Sequence record: NC_054930.1 | Reading direction: 5' to 3' (one strand) | Length of the DNA: 64,000 nt | From: Escherichia phage PP01 | In this document: one piece after another, positions 31,255 through 43,509 of the stretch | How positions within the stretch are numbered: the stretch's first letter is position 1 | How the letters are laid out: each line of letters starts with the position of its first letter | Program-made: the position numbers and the translations under genes | The notes under the pieces: model-generated | The model's database searches: none | Told to the model about the DNA's origin: nothing | What the model saw: the letters and a program-made list of their open reading frames with translations, nothing else

Positions 31255-32093
31255 TAGAATGCTCCTTGAAAAATATTATCACCACTAGTAGGTCTATTAT
31301 ACAAATACTCTATGCCACCAGGTTTAATATAGTTCCATGTCTGAAACGGATGTGTCTGATATGGATGATATGGATGATTATAAGGATTAAATCCAGGCGT
31401 TCTCCAGGTAGTGTTCCAAGGAAAAGAATCGTTTTTAACCATCTTCTCAATTACATCTTTTATAGCTTTTTCACTATCAAAACTTTCTTTATTTTCCTTT
31501 GGTGAAAAAAGCTTATTTTCTACATCATTCCATGTATAAACTCGCTGCGCAGTTTTTGGAATATTGTCACGCTCTCCTCGAGCCATCCAATAAACTGGAA
31601 CATTTAATATTTCACTCGCATGATCGCAGTGATGAGCGAGATCGTCAATATAACAAATTACGTTATATTTCTCTTTTGCCTTTTTGAACAGCTCTTCTTT
31701 TGAAGAATCATGACCACACATCATTACTTCTGAGAAGGCACCGGGAAAAAGAGCATTCAAATTAAATTGACGATTCAACAGAGCGTCAATAGAATCACCC
31801 AATGCTGTAACAGCTACAAAATTATAATCTTCCTTTAATTTGTTAATTACACACAGGGCATCTTTATACGGAGACAAGTAACGAATAAAATCTGAACGAT
31901 TGTATTTTTCAATTAACTTGACGCCAAGTTCTTCGTCACAATTAAAGAGTTTACCTGGAGAAATAAATTTCTCATCTTGGATCATTTTTAAAATATGTTC
32001 TAATGGAAGATTATATTTCTGAGCAAAATAAGGAAGGCCTGATTGCCAGCTTAAACATACTCCATCAATATCAGTCAAAATAGTTGGCTTCAT
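31254..32093 (-). CDS. 30.2: HAD-superfamily hydrolase-like protein (T4 30.2 position)
   Basis: 279 aa; N-terminal DIDGV (DxDG[T/V]) motif. Confidence 0.75.
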   Translation of the reverse strand: MKPTILTDIDGVCLSWQSGLPYFAQKYNLPLEHILKMIQDEKFISPGKLFNCDEELGVKLIEKYNRSDFIRYLSPYKDALCVINKLKEDYNFVAVTALGDSIDALLNRQFNLNALFPGAFSEVMMCGHDSSKEELFKKAKEKYNVICYIDDLAHHCDHASEILNVPVYWMARGERDNIPKTAQRVYTWNDVENKLFSPKENKESFDSEKAIKDVIEKMVKNDSFPWNTTWRTPGFNPYNHPYHPYQTHPFQTWNYIKPGGIEYLYNRPTSGDNIFQGAF

Positions 32094-32548
32094 AGAGAGT
32101 CTCTTAATAGATTTAACACATCAATAAATTCAGCTTCGGTTAGTATTGTATCATCTTTTGTTAGACCACTAGCCATGCTGTGCTTCAAAACTTTTCCTTT
32201 CGAGGCTTGTAATGCATCACGAAAGCCCCTGTTTTGGATCGCTGCTTCAAAATATGCATTTGTGTATAATTCTTTCCACGCTGGAGAGTATCTTGAAAAC
32301 GGAACTCCAAGCCAGAACAACGTGCCACGGTCCTGAGCTCTAGCATAAGCTCGTCCAGCTTTTTGCGCGTCCAACCCAGACATCCCAAATATACGACGTT
32401 GTTGTTCAACATTTTTCACCTTACATCCCTGGAGAAATCCTTCGAGACCTCCAAATTGGATACCATTCATAACGAAAGGCCATTGGGCGAAATTGCTTAA
32501 TGCACATGATGGCCATCTAAAATTGCTTCTAATCTCTAACTCAGACAT
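32090..32548 (-). CDS. 30.3: NADAR/YbiA-family protein (T4 30.3 position)
   Basis: 152 aa; LSNFAQWPF motif resembling FSNFAxWP of E. coli YbiA. Confidence 0.8.
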   Translation of the reverse strand: MSELEIRSNFRWPSCALSNFAQWPFVMNGIQFGGLEGFLQGCKVKNVEQQRRIFGMSGLDAQKAGRAYARAQDRGTLFWLGVPFSRYSPAWKELYTNAYFEAAIQNRGFRDALQASKGKVLKHSMASGLTKDDTILTEAEFIDVLNLLRDSL

Positions 32549-32756
32549 CTTTAATACTTATAATTTCAATATCAGCCCAATGACCGTAACCTGGTAGACG
32601 GTCCTCAATGGATAATCCGCCATCATATTTAAGCATTTTAATTGTCATAATATATGGCTCTAAATGGTCTTCTGTGAGAGGAGAAACGTCAGTCACACGA
32701 TAAGTAACTTCAACCATTTCCGTACCTAATAATTTCTGAATTAATTTCTTAAACAT
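32541..32756 (-). CDS. Hypothetical protein (T4 30.3' position)
   Basis: 71 aa ORF. Confidence 0.6.
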   Translation of the reverse strand: MFKKLIQKLLGTEMVEVTYRVTDVSPLTEDHLEPYIMTIKMLKYDGGLSIEDRLPGYGHWADIEIISIKDV

Positions 32757-32760
32757 TTTA

Positions 32761-33048
32761 TTAGAACCTCATCTGAAAACCATGCGATTTAACATTACCG
32801 CCGCCAATATCAGAAATGTTAATTTCACGCGCAATTGAAGGGTCAATATCAATTTCACGATTGAGTTTAGTAATAGCTAAAGTATCACGGCCATTTACAG
32901 TACGGAACTCTAAAGGGCAGACTACATTAACGTAGTTTTTAATCGATTCACTGGTAGGTTGCAAATGAGCAGGAAGGTCTTTAGGCGCCTTAGAGAAAAC
33001 TACTTCACAGAAATTTTTGCGGGTATCAAAATAAGTAGTCATAAACAT
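32761..33048 (-). CDS. Hypothetical protein (T4 30.4 position)
   Basis: 95 aa ORF. Confidence 0.6.
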   Translation of the reverse strand: MFMTTYFDTRKNFCEVVFSKAPKDLPAHLQPTSESIKNYVNVVCPLEFRTVNGRDTLAITKLNREIDIDPSIAREINISDIGGGNVKSHGFQMRF

Positions 33049-33065
33049 AGTATTTTCCTCAGTAA

Positions 33066-33079
33066 GGGGCCGAAGCCCC
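33066..33079 (-). terminator. Hairpin GGGGC-UUCG-GCCCC (minus-strand reading) after the 125-aa ORF
   Basis: Inverted repeat. Confidence 0.45.
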
Positions 33080-33089
33080 TCATTTTATT

Positions 33090-33467
33090 TTAAATGTCAA
33101 ATTCGTTAAGAACTACATCAAAGATTGCTTCAAGATGCTCAGGTTTAGCTCTGTTACTCAGAATATGACGAATCCAAGTTTTAACCAGAAGCTTGCGATT
33201 AACGCCATTCCAACAAGGATGAGTACCTAAATCACGTTGACGGAAATCATCATCTAATGCGATTTTAAAGGAAGAACCTTCTTTCGTGATTGAAACCGTG
33301 ATGCCATTTTCAAATCGCATATAAACGTAGTTAGGAGTCATATACTGTTCAATTTCGCATACTGATCCATTTTGATGTTTCCAAAGGCAAATAGTATCAA
33401 TAGAACCTGCAATACCGTTAGAAACATATTTACGTTCAAAGTTGATGTAGTTCATTTTATTCTCCAA
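33090..33467 (-). CDS. Hypothetical protein (T4 30.5 position)
   Basis: 125 aa; an early-type promoter (GTTTACT..TATTAT) lies upstream at about 33480-33525. Confidence 0.65.
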   Translation of the reverse strand: MENKMNYINFERKYVSNGIAGSIDTICLWKHQNGSVCEIEQYMTPNYVYMRFENGITVSITKEGSSFKIALDDDFRQRDLGTHPCWNGVNRKLLVKTWIRHILSNRAKPEHLEAIFDVVLNEFDI

Positions 33468-33522
33468 GATGTTTAATTGCGGTACAGGTATATAATATCA
33501 TATCCTGTACCAAAGTAAACAA

Positions 33523-33855
33523 TTATTTTACTAATTTCCAATGCTTCATGTCAAGTTTGCCAACTTTTTTCATCTTCTCAATTAAGCGTTCGGCACGTTG
33601 GCGAGCTGTAACATAATACCATTCACCTAATTCATTTTGTTCAATTTTTCCAACGATTACTGTATTCAATTCATAAATCCAACCAGTAAAGAAATTATGA
33701 ACTTGAATTGTAAAGGTGAAATCTGTTCCCATACCTTCTGTTGTTTCTACTTCAACAATATCACCTTCAACTGCCATTAAGAACCACATAGTTTCATCAT
33801 ATTTACCATTGAAGCATTTAGTTTTAACCGCAGCGTTCAGATTAATCGTTTTCAT
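33523..33855 (-). CDS. Hypothetical protein (T4 30.6 position)
   Basis: 110 aa; an early-type promoter (GTTTACA, 17 bp, TAGTAT) lies upstream at about 33870-33915. Confidence 0.65.
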   Translation of the reverse strand: MKTINLNAAVKTKCFNGKYDETMWFLMAVEGDIVEVETTEGMGTDFTFTIQVHNFFTGWIYELNTVIVGKIEQNELGEWYYVTARQRAERLIEKMKKVGKLDMKHWKLVK

Positions 33856-33943
33856 TTTATTCTCCTTTGTTTGTGTAAGATAATACTATCACAAAGGAAC
33901 CATACTGTAAACAACTTTGTGCAATCTTTGGAAAATAAAAAAG

Positions 33944-33961
33944 GACTCCCGAAGGAGTCCT
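33944..33961 (-). terminator. Hairpin GGACUCC-UUCG-GGAGUCC (minus-strand reading)
   Basis: 7-bp inverted repeat. Confidence 0.45.
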
Positions 33962-33965
33962 CAAC

Positions 33966-34184
33966 TTATGCTTTCTGCTTACCAAAACGAGAAGCATCAT
34001 CTCGAAGAACCGCACGTGCTCGACGCATGATCTTCTCAACAGTTTGATTGATACGAGAGTTCGACGCACGCTTGTAACCAGCGCGTTTAGAATCACCAAC
34101 TTTCTTTTCAACTGCTTTCTTTGCTTTAGCTTGTTTTGCCATTGTAAATTCTCTTTTAAATGAAAATGCAGGACTTATTGGCAT
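33966..34184 (-). CDS. Small basic protein (Lys/Arg-rich), possibly T4 30.7-like; start may be the internal ATG at 34142
   Basis: 72-aa ORF; the overlapping ORF 33857-34111 is judged spurious. Confidence 0.5.
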   Translation of the reverse strand: MPISPAFSFKREFTMAKQAKAKKAVEKKVGDSKRAGYKRASNSRINQTVEKIMRRARAVLRDDASRFGKQKA

Positions 34185-34336
34185 TGCCTGCGCAAGCCCT
34201 CAAGGGGAACATAGGTTTTGTATATTTACCGACAGGATAACCATAAACCTCGTCAACATTCAAGAGGTACACCGTAAAACAAAGTTCGACGGCTCCTCGA
34301 TTTTAGCTCACACTAAGGCAGTGAATCTCCAATAAA

Positions 34337-34585
34337 TTACTTCAGTGTTACCACAAAGTGACGAACTGCTTTTCGTGCAGCAGAAGCCAGAGGCTTAGCA
34401 TACTTAAGTTCATCTTTTTCCTGGAGCTCAGCAGCTAATGCGGTTTGAGCAGGATTCAGATGTTTGAAATAACGCAGGATTTCAAGAGCTTCGGCTTCAA
34501 CATCAATAGATGCGCCATAGTTTTCGTGACCATTATTCCATGCGTTTCGTTGCAGTTCAAGAGCGTGTTGTAATTGTTTAATCAT
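34337..34585 (-). CDS. rIII: rIII lysis-inhibition accessory protein
   Basis: 82 aa; synteny upstream of gene 31. Confidence 0.8.
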   Translation of the reverse strand: MIKQLQHALELQRNAWNNGHENYGASIDVEAEALEILRYFKHLNPAQTALAAELQEKDELKYAKPLASAARKAVRHFVVTLK

Positions 34586-34724
34586 TTAAAAATTCTCGTT
34601 AGAGATTAAAACTCGGTAGTCACGTTCTTCTGAATTTCATCTTCTTTCGACAGATCTCTCAGTTGTAGACTACCACGTAGAATTGTTCGGTTAACTTATT
34701 ATTCCGACACCCAATTCATATTAT

Positions 34725-34732
34725 TATTTATA
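34725..34732 (-). promoter_or_regulatory. Late promoter TATAAATA (minus strand) between gene 31 and rIII
   Basis: Reverse complement is exact TATAAATA. Confidence 0.5.
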
Positions 34733-35068
34733 TCACTTATAAAGACACGGAATAGCTTTATAGTGACAAGTAACGAATTTTTGTTTAATTTCTTTTGGCT
34801 GCTTAAGACCCAGAGCTACAAAAGGATGCGGAACGTTTCGAATTTGACCAACTGGAAGAGAAGTCAAATCACCAACTTCGCAGAAACCTTCAGGAACATC
34901 AGGACCAACAGAGTGAACTACACACAGTTCAGGAACTTCACCTTGAACACGTTTACCGATAATGAGTCCTGATTCTGTAACTTCTTCATCACCAGCTTGC
35001 GCAGGTTCAGAAACTAAAATAACATATTCACCGACAGCACGAATTGGTAGCTGTTGTACTTCAGACAT
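34733..35068 (-). CDS. 31: Co-chaperonin gp31 (GroES-like, for gp23 folding)
   Basis: 111 aa; N-terminus [21 protein letters not shown]. Confidence 0.95.
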
Positions 35069-35124
35069 CGTTTTTCCTTTTTGTTAACAGATGAATTAAT
35101 AATAACAAATAATTCTTAAAGCAT

Positions 35125-35433
35125 TTATTTACCAATAAATTGAAGCAAATGCTCAACTTTCATGCCATTAACGGAAATCAATTTGTCAATAGAAAAACCT
35201 CGCCATGCACCAAGCTCAACATCAAATACTGGAACCATATCAGTAGATTCTTTCCGAGTTGATTCAGTCAATTTACCGGTTTGCATGGTTGGCATAAAGT
35301 CAGCATCACGAGTACCTTTCATAGTACGAATAGTACCGTCAGACTTTTCAAAAACCACGTTTGAAATACCCATAGACAATTTAGTTTTCAAAATTTCACG
35401 AATTGCTACTTTTTGTTCAGTCGTCAGTTTCAT
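35125..35433 (-). CDS. Hypothetical protein (T4 31.1 position)
   Basis: 102 aa ORF. Confidence 0.65.
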   Translation of the reverse strand: MKLTTEQKVAIREILKTKLSMGISNVVFEKSDGTIRTMKGTRDADFMPTMQTGKLTESTRKESTDMVPVFDVELGAWRGFSIDKLISVNGMKVEHLLQFIGK

Positions 35434-35670
35434 TTATTTACCTATCACAGTTTTAATATGGGTTGTTCCACGTTCTTTAAGAGTGGAAAGCAATTTTTGG
35501 CATTTTTCTAAATCAGATTTCCAACTATACGGTCTATCAATACAAACCCAGTCTGACTTATAATACTGTTTCCATTTAGAGAAAAAATACTTCTTATACT
35601 CTACAGCAAATGAAATGTTCTCGTTGGAATAAGAACTAATTGCTGTGAGTTGTACCAAACGAAATTTCAT
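35434..35670 (-). CDS. Hypothetical protein (T4 31.2 position)
   Basis: 78 aa ORF. Confidence 0.6.
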   Translation of the reverse strand: MKFRLVQLTAISSYSNENISFAVEYKKYFFSKWKQYYKSDWVCIDRPYSWKSDLEKCQKLLSTLKERGTTHIKTVIGK

Positions 35671-36251
35671 TATTCACCACAGAATTCGTTGATATTTTCC
35701 CAGTTTAACTTATTCAAGTTTTTCTTAGGAACATTAAACACTTCAATACCTGCATTTCGCAGAATATCATCCCAGCCAGGTTTATTTTTATCGTATGTTT
35801 CGCAATAAACCAACTTTTTAATTCCAGATTGAGCTATCGCTTTTGCACAATCTGGGCAAGGAGAAAGTGTTACATACATAGTAGCACCTTCAATTGAAGA
35901 ACCATTTCGTGCAGCAAACAAAATTGCATTTAGTTCAGCATGAATTTCATTTTTAGGCGACCATTCAGAATGAGCGCTGCGGTGTTCTTTCGCCAAGACA
36001 AAACGATCAGTTGAACCAAACGATACACATTCGGGCTTATGACCTTGAATGATAGTATGTTTAGGTTTATTCAACAACCAACCTTGCTCGGCAGCATAAT
36101 CACAGCAATTCACACCGCCTGCAGGCGAACCATTATATCCGGTAGAAATAATACGTCCATTCTTTTCAATTACTGCTCCTACCTTCCAGGAGCAACATTT
36201 TGATTCTTGTGATACTAAATATGCAATTTGAAGTACTGTACTCGCTTTCAT
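35670..36251 (-). CDS. cd: dCMP deaminase
   Basis: 193 aa; zinc-binding HAE and PCPDC motifs. Confidence 0.95.
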   Translation of the reverse strand: MKASTVLQIAYLVSQESKCCSWKVGAVIEKNGRIISTGYNGSPAGGVNCCDYAAEQGWLLNKPKHTIIQGHKPECVSFGSTDRFVLAKEHRSAHSEWSPKNEIHAELNAILFAARNGSSIEGATMYVTLSPCPDCAKAIAQSGIKKLVYCETYDKNKPGWDDILRNAGIEVFNVPKKNLNKLNWENINEFCGE

Positions 36252-36586
36252 TTCATAATCACCAGATAAGCAGATTTAGCAGTTTCAACACGATAAATTT
36301 CGTGACGAAGTTTAGTTATACTTTTAATAACAGAACTAATTATATTCTGCCCATCTTTAAAGCGGTTTTTCTTATCAATAAAAATTGCACCAGCCATCTT
36401 TTTGTGAAGCTCAACTGGATACTTCGTCACAATAATAGCATCATACACAGAAGGATGAATACTGTTCACCAGAGTATCGTTCATTAAAGTTATTCTAATG
36501 AACTGAGCTGTTTCAGAATCAAGCGCTCTATGATCGCCAGTATCATTTTCAAGACAATTATCAATTATATCAGTTAAATTCATCAT
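36248..36586 (-). CDS. Hypothetical protein (cd.1 position)
   Basis: 112 aa ORF, tightly packed. Confidence 0.6.
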   Translation of the reverse strand: MMNLTDIIDNCLENDTGDHRALDSETAQFIRITLMNDTLVNSIHPSVYDAIIVTKYPVELHKKMAGAIFIDKKNRFKDGQNIISSVIKSITKLRHEIYRVETAKSAYLVIMK

Positions 36587-36819
36587 AGTACGCCATACAC
36601 CCTTTGTGCTTCAACTAATCCATCAAAATCCAATTTGAGATGTGTTATTTGGTCACCATCACCTGGATTCACAATTACTAATACTGAACGAGGAGTTTCG
36701 GTAATAACACGAACCGACGTTTCAGGAAATCGTTCAGAAACCTTATTTACCAATTCCTGAGCAAATAGTTTAACTTTTTCTTGGAATTCTTTAACAGTAA
36801 TTGGATTTTCACTTAGCAT
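36583..36819 (-). CDS. Hypothetical protein (cd.2 position)
   Basis: 78 aa ORF. Confidence 0.6.
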   Translation of the reverse strand: MLSENPITVKEFQEKVKLFAQELVNKVSERFPETSVRVITETPRSVLVIVNPGDGDQITHLKLDFDGLVEAQRVYGVL

Positions 36820-37340
36820 GTTGATCCAAGCTCCTTACTTTCAACGTTTTTAACTAATTTGACAGAAACTAATTCAGCATCTTGAGTAATCATTACCGGA
36901 CCTTCTTCATACTCTTCAAGATATTCTAGAGCTTTCTTTTTAGCTTCTTCCTTCGTATCAGTTTGAGCATAGATATAGAACATACAACCAGTAATACCTA
37001 CTACTTTCCACTTAATTTCTTTATCAGCTTTAATTTCAAATTTACTGGCAGAATCATCTTTTTGAACTTCTTCGAAAAAAGAATATTCTAACATATAAGC
37101 AATTGAAAATAACGGACTAACTTTATAGGATTCGCCCATTACATCAACAGCTTTATACCAACAGTCATCAATTTCGCGTTTAATGCTAATAACATTTTTC
37201 GCAGGATCTATTTTTACTTTAAATGAATTTTCCCCAATAAACTGGGCAATTCGTTTATTAGCCCCACAAGTTTCATTAAAAATATCTTTATATCCAGCTT
37301 TAAAGCGATAAACCTTATCTTCTTCAAACCATTCGCTCAT
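36813..37340 (-). CDS. Hypothetical protein (cd.3 position)
   Basis: 175 aa ORF. Confidence 0.65.
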   Translation of the reverse strand: MSEWFEEDKVYRFKAGYKDIFNETCGANKRIAQFIGENSFKVKIDPAKNVISIKREIDDCWYKAVDVMGESYKVSPLFSIAYMLEYSFFEEVQKDDSASKFEIKADKEIKWKVVGITGCMFYIYAQTDTKEEAKKKALEYLEEYEEGPVMITQDAELVSVKLVKNVESKELGSTC

Positions 37341-37402
37341 TTCAATTTCCTCATTTGTTTTGGTAGAGCTATAATATCACAACTCTACCGTAAAGTAAAC
37401 TG

Positions 37403-37678
37403 TTAAATTGCTTTGAATTCTGATGTCTGCGATTCAAAGCGAATATCGCCCTTGATAACTAACTCAGCATCAAGACCGAATACGACAATGATATGCGCGG
37501 AACCTGGATACAGCGTAATGGCGATAGAATCCACCTGGTCTGGAAGCAAAGTGTTCAATACATGAGTCACTTGAGCGTGGATTCGAAGTTCAGCTGCATT
37601 ATCAAGCTTTTCAAACATGTTATTAACGATAATTTGACTAAACACTACTTCTACGATTTTAGAATAAGTCGGAAACAT
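37403..37678 (-). CDS. Hypothetical protein (cd.4 position)
   Basis: 91 aa ORF. Confidence 0.6.
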   Translation of the reverse strand: MFPTYSKIVEVVFSQIIVNNMFEKLDNAAELRIHAQVTHVLNTLLPDQVDSIAITLYPGSAHIIVVFGLDAELVIKGDIRFESQTSEFKAI

Positions 37679-37680
37679 AT

Positions 37681-37881
37681 TTACCTCACATAATTTTCTT
37701 CAAGCCAATCAATAACATCCAACGCATTATCAAAAGTTGAACCATCTACTTTGTCTTCTGTTTCATAATCAAGAACATCTAAACCTACTCTTCCATCAAC
37801 AATAGGCCATAAACAAAATAGATATTTCTTTTCTTTTTCAATTTTATCACAAAGTCGATAAATCTTTTCTATGTTATTCAT
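37681..37881 (-). CDS. Hypothetical protein (cd.5 position)
   Basis: 66 aa ORF. Confidence 0.55.
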   Translation of the reverse strand: MNNIEKIYRLCDKIEKEKKYLFCLWPIVDGRVGLDVLDYETEDKVDGSTFDNALDVIDWLEENYVR

Positions 37882-38070
37882 AAGTTTTCCATGGTAAAGG
37901 CAGTTTAGTTTTCTTTACTGTTAGTTCAACATCAGGATTCTTTTCTCTTAATTTAAGACATTCCTCCCAAGCCCTAATTTCACTAGTGAATACGCAAAAT
38001 TGCCCATTACTAGTACCAACTAAATCGCTATTTACAATAACAATAGCCCAAGTTTCATGATGCCAAGCCA

Positions 38071-38071
<1 letters not shown>
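37874..38071 (-). CDS. Hypothetical protein, coupled to the pseT stop (TAATG)
   Basis: 65 aa ORF. Confidence 0.55.
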
Positions 38072-39289
<1,218 letters not shown>

Positions 39290-39293
<4 letters not shown>

Positions 39294-39520
39294 TTATTTT
39301 TCTCAACCAATGATTGAATATAATCATGCAGGTCTTTAGATGCTTTGCCCCACTTATTTTGATATTCATTTTTGAGATTAGCACGTGATTGAGCTAATAA
39401 AACATCATTAGTTGGAGGTAAAGATTCTAATCGTTGAATCTGGCGTCCATAAATCATTGCAGCCATCTCAGATTCATAAATCAATCCTTTGAGATGTTCA
39501 AATTGATGCCATGAAATCAT
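39290..39520 (-). CDS. Hypothetical protein (pseT-region)
   Basis: 76 aa ORF. Confidence 0.55.
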
Positions 39521-39816
39521 TTACATTTATCCTCTTTTAGCTCTTGACGATAATAACATATCATAGTTTTTTGGTCATGTACATATCGTTTTACATCATT
39601 AAGCCAAATACGAAATTCCTGAGAATCTTCGAATGGCATACCGACCCAAGCTTTACCATCAATAACTTTAACTTGCCAAGATAGTTTAGCTTCGTCATAT
39701 GACTTTATTTGCACAGGCCAATTAGGATGAACTGTTTCTTTCTTTACTTCTAGAGGCTTTGTCGAACAACCAACTAGAAGACCAATAGATAATATTACTG
39801 CTGATAGTTTAATCAT
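39517..39816 (-). CDS. Outer-membrane spanin (o-spanin, Rz1 equivalent), lipoprotein
   Basis: 99 aa; signal peptide with lipobox LLVGC-S; ATGA overlap with the upstream i-spanin. Confidence 0.8.
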   Translation of the reverse strand: MIKLSAVILSIGLLVGCSTKPLEVKKETVHPNWPVQIKSYDEAKLSWQVKVIDGKAWVGMPFEDSQEFRIWLNDVKRYVHDQKTMICYYRQELKEDKCK

Positions 39817-40166
39817 TTAGAAAGGTCCTGGATGTCTTCTGCGAACTTGTTGAAGGAGTTGTTGATTTGTTTTTCAACCAATCCTGGCTTATGAGCCACC
39901 ACATCCGCCTTCTTTGCATCTTTGCGCAGTTTTTCATTTTCACGCTCAATAGCAGCAATTGCCTCACGATTTTTATTATTCATCGCATCAATATAATTAT
40001 ATTGAATTTTTAAATCATTCAATGCTAAAGCGTTTTCATTGGCCGTTTTTGTAATTTCAGTAACCGATGTTTCTAATCTTTCTACCTTATTTTTTAAAAT
40101 AATAGATGTTCCGCCAAATGCTATTACAAGTAATAGCAATCCAGCTGTAAAATTACTTACATGCAT
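39813..40166 (-). CDS. Inner-membrane spanin (i-spanin, Rz equivalent)
   Basis: 117 aa; N-terminal transmembrane segment FTAGLLLLVIAFGGTSIIL followed by a coiled-coil-like region. Confidence 0.8.
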   Translation of the reverse strand: MHVSNFTAGLLLLVIAFGGTSIILKNKVERLETSVTEITKTANENALALNDLKIQYNYIDAMNNKNREAIAAIERENEKLRKDAKKADVVAHKPGLVEKQINNSFNKFAEDIQDLSK

Positions 40167-40663
40167 AAAGTTTTAATAACCTCTACAATATCGTCTTGAG
40201 AAAGACCGTTAATTAAAATATGATGTTCAGCTGGAGATTTAGAAATTTTAAAGCATGCCTCAACATCTTCTGCCATATCTGATGCGCTACGATTTGGATT
40301 ACTAATTCCAAGACGATGTTTTCCCGTCAAAGGATTAACGATGATGTAGCATTTACAGCTATTAATGTGAACATTAGGTTGAGTCTGATTAATGAATACT
40401 TCACAATCGTATTTCGCAAGCTGATTTTCTAAAAAGACTTTCATCTCCTCGACCGCATCAGGAAGCATATCACGAGCTTGCTCAAGACGACGATTTCGAT
40501 ATTCTTTGATGGTCGTTTTCCGCTTAACTTGCTTAGCTAAATCTTTCTTAAGATCGGTGATATATCCAACTCGACGATTTCCTTTGAATACAGAAATCCC
40601 ATCTGTAGTATCACCGTATGCTTCAACGACCATCTCAGTAGTAATAAACTGCAAATCCATCAT
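40157..40663 (-). CDS. alc: Alc, inhibitor of host transcription
   Basis: About 167 aa; synteny; preceded by an early promoter. Confidence 0.85.
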   Translation of the reverse strand: MMDLQFITTEMVVEAYGDTTDGISVFKGNRRVGYITDLKKDLAKQVKRKTTIKEYRNRRLEQARDMLPDAVEEMKVFLENQLAKYDCEVFINQTQPNVHINSCKCYIIVNPLTGKHRLGISNPNRSASDMAEDVEACFKISKSPAEHHILINGLSQDDIVEVIKTLCM

Positions 40664-40666
40664 AAA

Positions 40667-40720
40667 GTCCTCATGTTATGTCAGTAAGATTATTATAACA
40701 CAACACGAGGGACTTGTAAA
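40667..40720 (-). promoter_or_regulatory. T4-type early promoter plus leader, copy B of the 54-bp exact repeat (upstream of alc)
   Basis: Identical 54 bp to 25083-25136: -35 GTTTACA, 17 bp, -10 TATAAT, SD GAGGA. Confidence 0.8.
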
Positions 40721-40724
40721 CAGC

Positions 40725-42312
<1,588 letters not shown>

Positions 42313-42320
42313 AATAAAAT

Positions 42321-42334
42321 GGGCCTTGCGGCCC
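42321..42334 (-). terminator. Hairpin GGGCC-GCAA-GGCCC (minus-strand reading) after nrdB
   Basis: Inverted repeat. Confidence 0.4.
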
Positions 42335-42339
42335 ACTCC

Positions 42340-43509
42340 TTAAAAATATTTTTTAAAACTCATCATAACTTTATCATCAACATCATTATCAATCTGTGCT
42401 ACAAGGTAAGATGACAGTTCTACTTCTTGCGGCGCGGATTGAACATTATCAGAATTAAGATATTCACGAATCCAAGGATATGGATGTTTAACCGGAGCAT
42501 CGGTAATTGGGCATGGAAGACCGCACTGTTTCATACGAGATACAGTTAAGTAATCAATAAAGCTCCACATGCTATTTGTATTTAATCCAGGAACATCACC
42601 ATCTTTAAATAAATGAACTGCCCAATCTTTTTCTTGACGGTTAACTTCCATGAAAATATCAACTGCTTCTTGTTCACACTCTTGAGCAATTTTAACCCAT
42701 TCATCACCGTCAGTGCCAAGTTGAAGTTGACGAATAATATATTGAGTGCCTTTAAGATGAAGTTGCTCATCGCGCGCAATGAACTTCATAATCTTAGCAT
42801 TACCTTCCATGATTTCCATGTTCTTATGGAAGTTAAAGGTACATGCGAAAGATACATAAAAACGAATAGCTTCCAATGCATTGATTACATGAAGGCAAAG
42901 ATAAAGAGATTTCATTAGTGCTCGTTTAGTACATTCAACAACTTTGCCTAACTCTTCTTTACGAAATCCTTCTGATAAAATTCCTTCATAATCTTCAACC
43001 GCATTCTGATATTCACGAGTCTTAACTAGAACATCATCATAATAGCGACCAATGGACTCGGCACGTTTCATAATAGCTTTATCTAATACAATCTCATCAA
43101 ATACCTTTGATGGATCAGTATAAAGATTTCGCATGATATGAGTATATGAACGGCTGTGAATAGTTTCACTAAAAGTCCATGTAGCAACCCATGTATCAAG
43201 ACTTGGGTCTGAAATTAATGACATAAGTACAGCAGACGGTGCACGACCCTGAATGCTATCCAAAAGTGATTGATACTTCAGGTTATTAGTAAAAATATCT
43301 TGCTGATACTGAGGAAGCTTGTTAAATTGTGCAGCATCCATCATCAAGTTTACTTCTTCAGGACGCCAGAAAAATGACAACTGCTTTTCAGTTAAATCTT
43401 CAAAAACTTTATGACGTTGAATATCATAACGCGCAATACCAAGACCTGAACCGAAGAACATAGGTTCTTTTAAAACATCAACTGGATTTGTATTAAAAAC
43501 TGTGCTCAT
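42340..43509 (-). CDS. nrdB: Ribonucleotide reductase small subunit, uninterrupted (no intron)
   Basis: 389-aa continuous ORF. Confidence 0.95.
   Translation of the reverse strand: MSTVFNTNPVDVLKEPMFFGSGLGIARYDIQRHKVFEDLTEKQLSFFWRPEEVNLMMDAAQFNKLPQYQQDIFTNNLKYQSLLDSIQGRAPSAVLMSLISDPSLDTWVATWTFSETIHSRSYTHIMRNLYTDPSKVFDEIVLDKAIMKRAESIGRYYDDVLVKTREYQNAVEDYEGILSEGFRKEELGKVVECTKRALMKSLYLCLHVINALEAIRFYVSFACTFNFHKNMEIMEGNAKIMKFIARDEQLHLKGTQYIIRQLQLGTDGDEWVKIAQECEQEAVDIFMEVNRQEKDWAVHLFKDGDVPGLNTNSMWSFIDYLTVSRMKQCGLPCPITDAPVKHPYPWIREYLNSDNVQSAPQEVELSSYLVAQIDNDVDDKVMMSFKKYF

Noticed and set aside
33857-34111. 84-aa ORF overlapping the 72-aa basic ORF in another frame
   Set aside because: Only one of the two can be real; the basic ORF is kept because of its RBS, the downstream UUCG hairpin and its protein-like composition.
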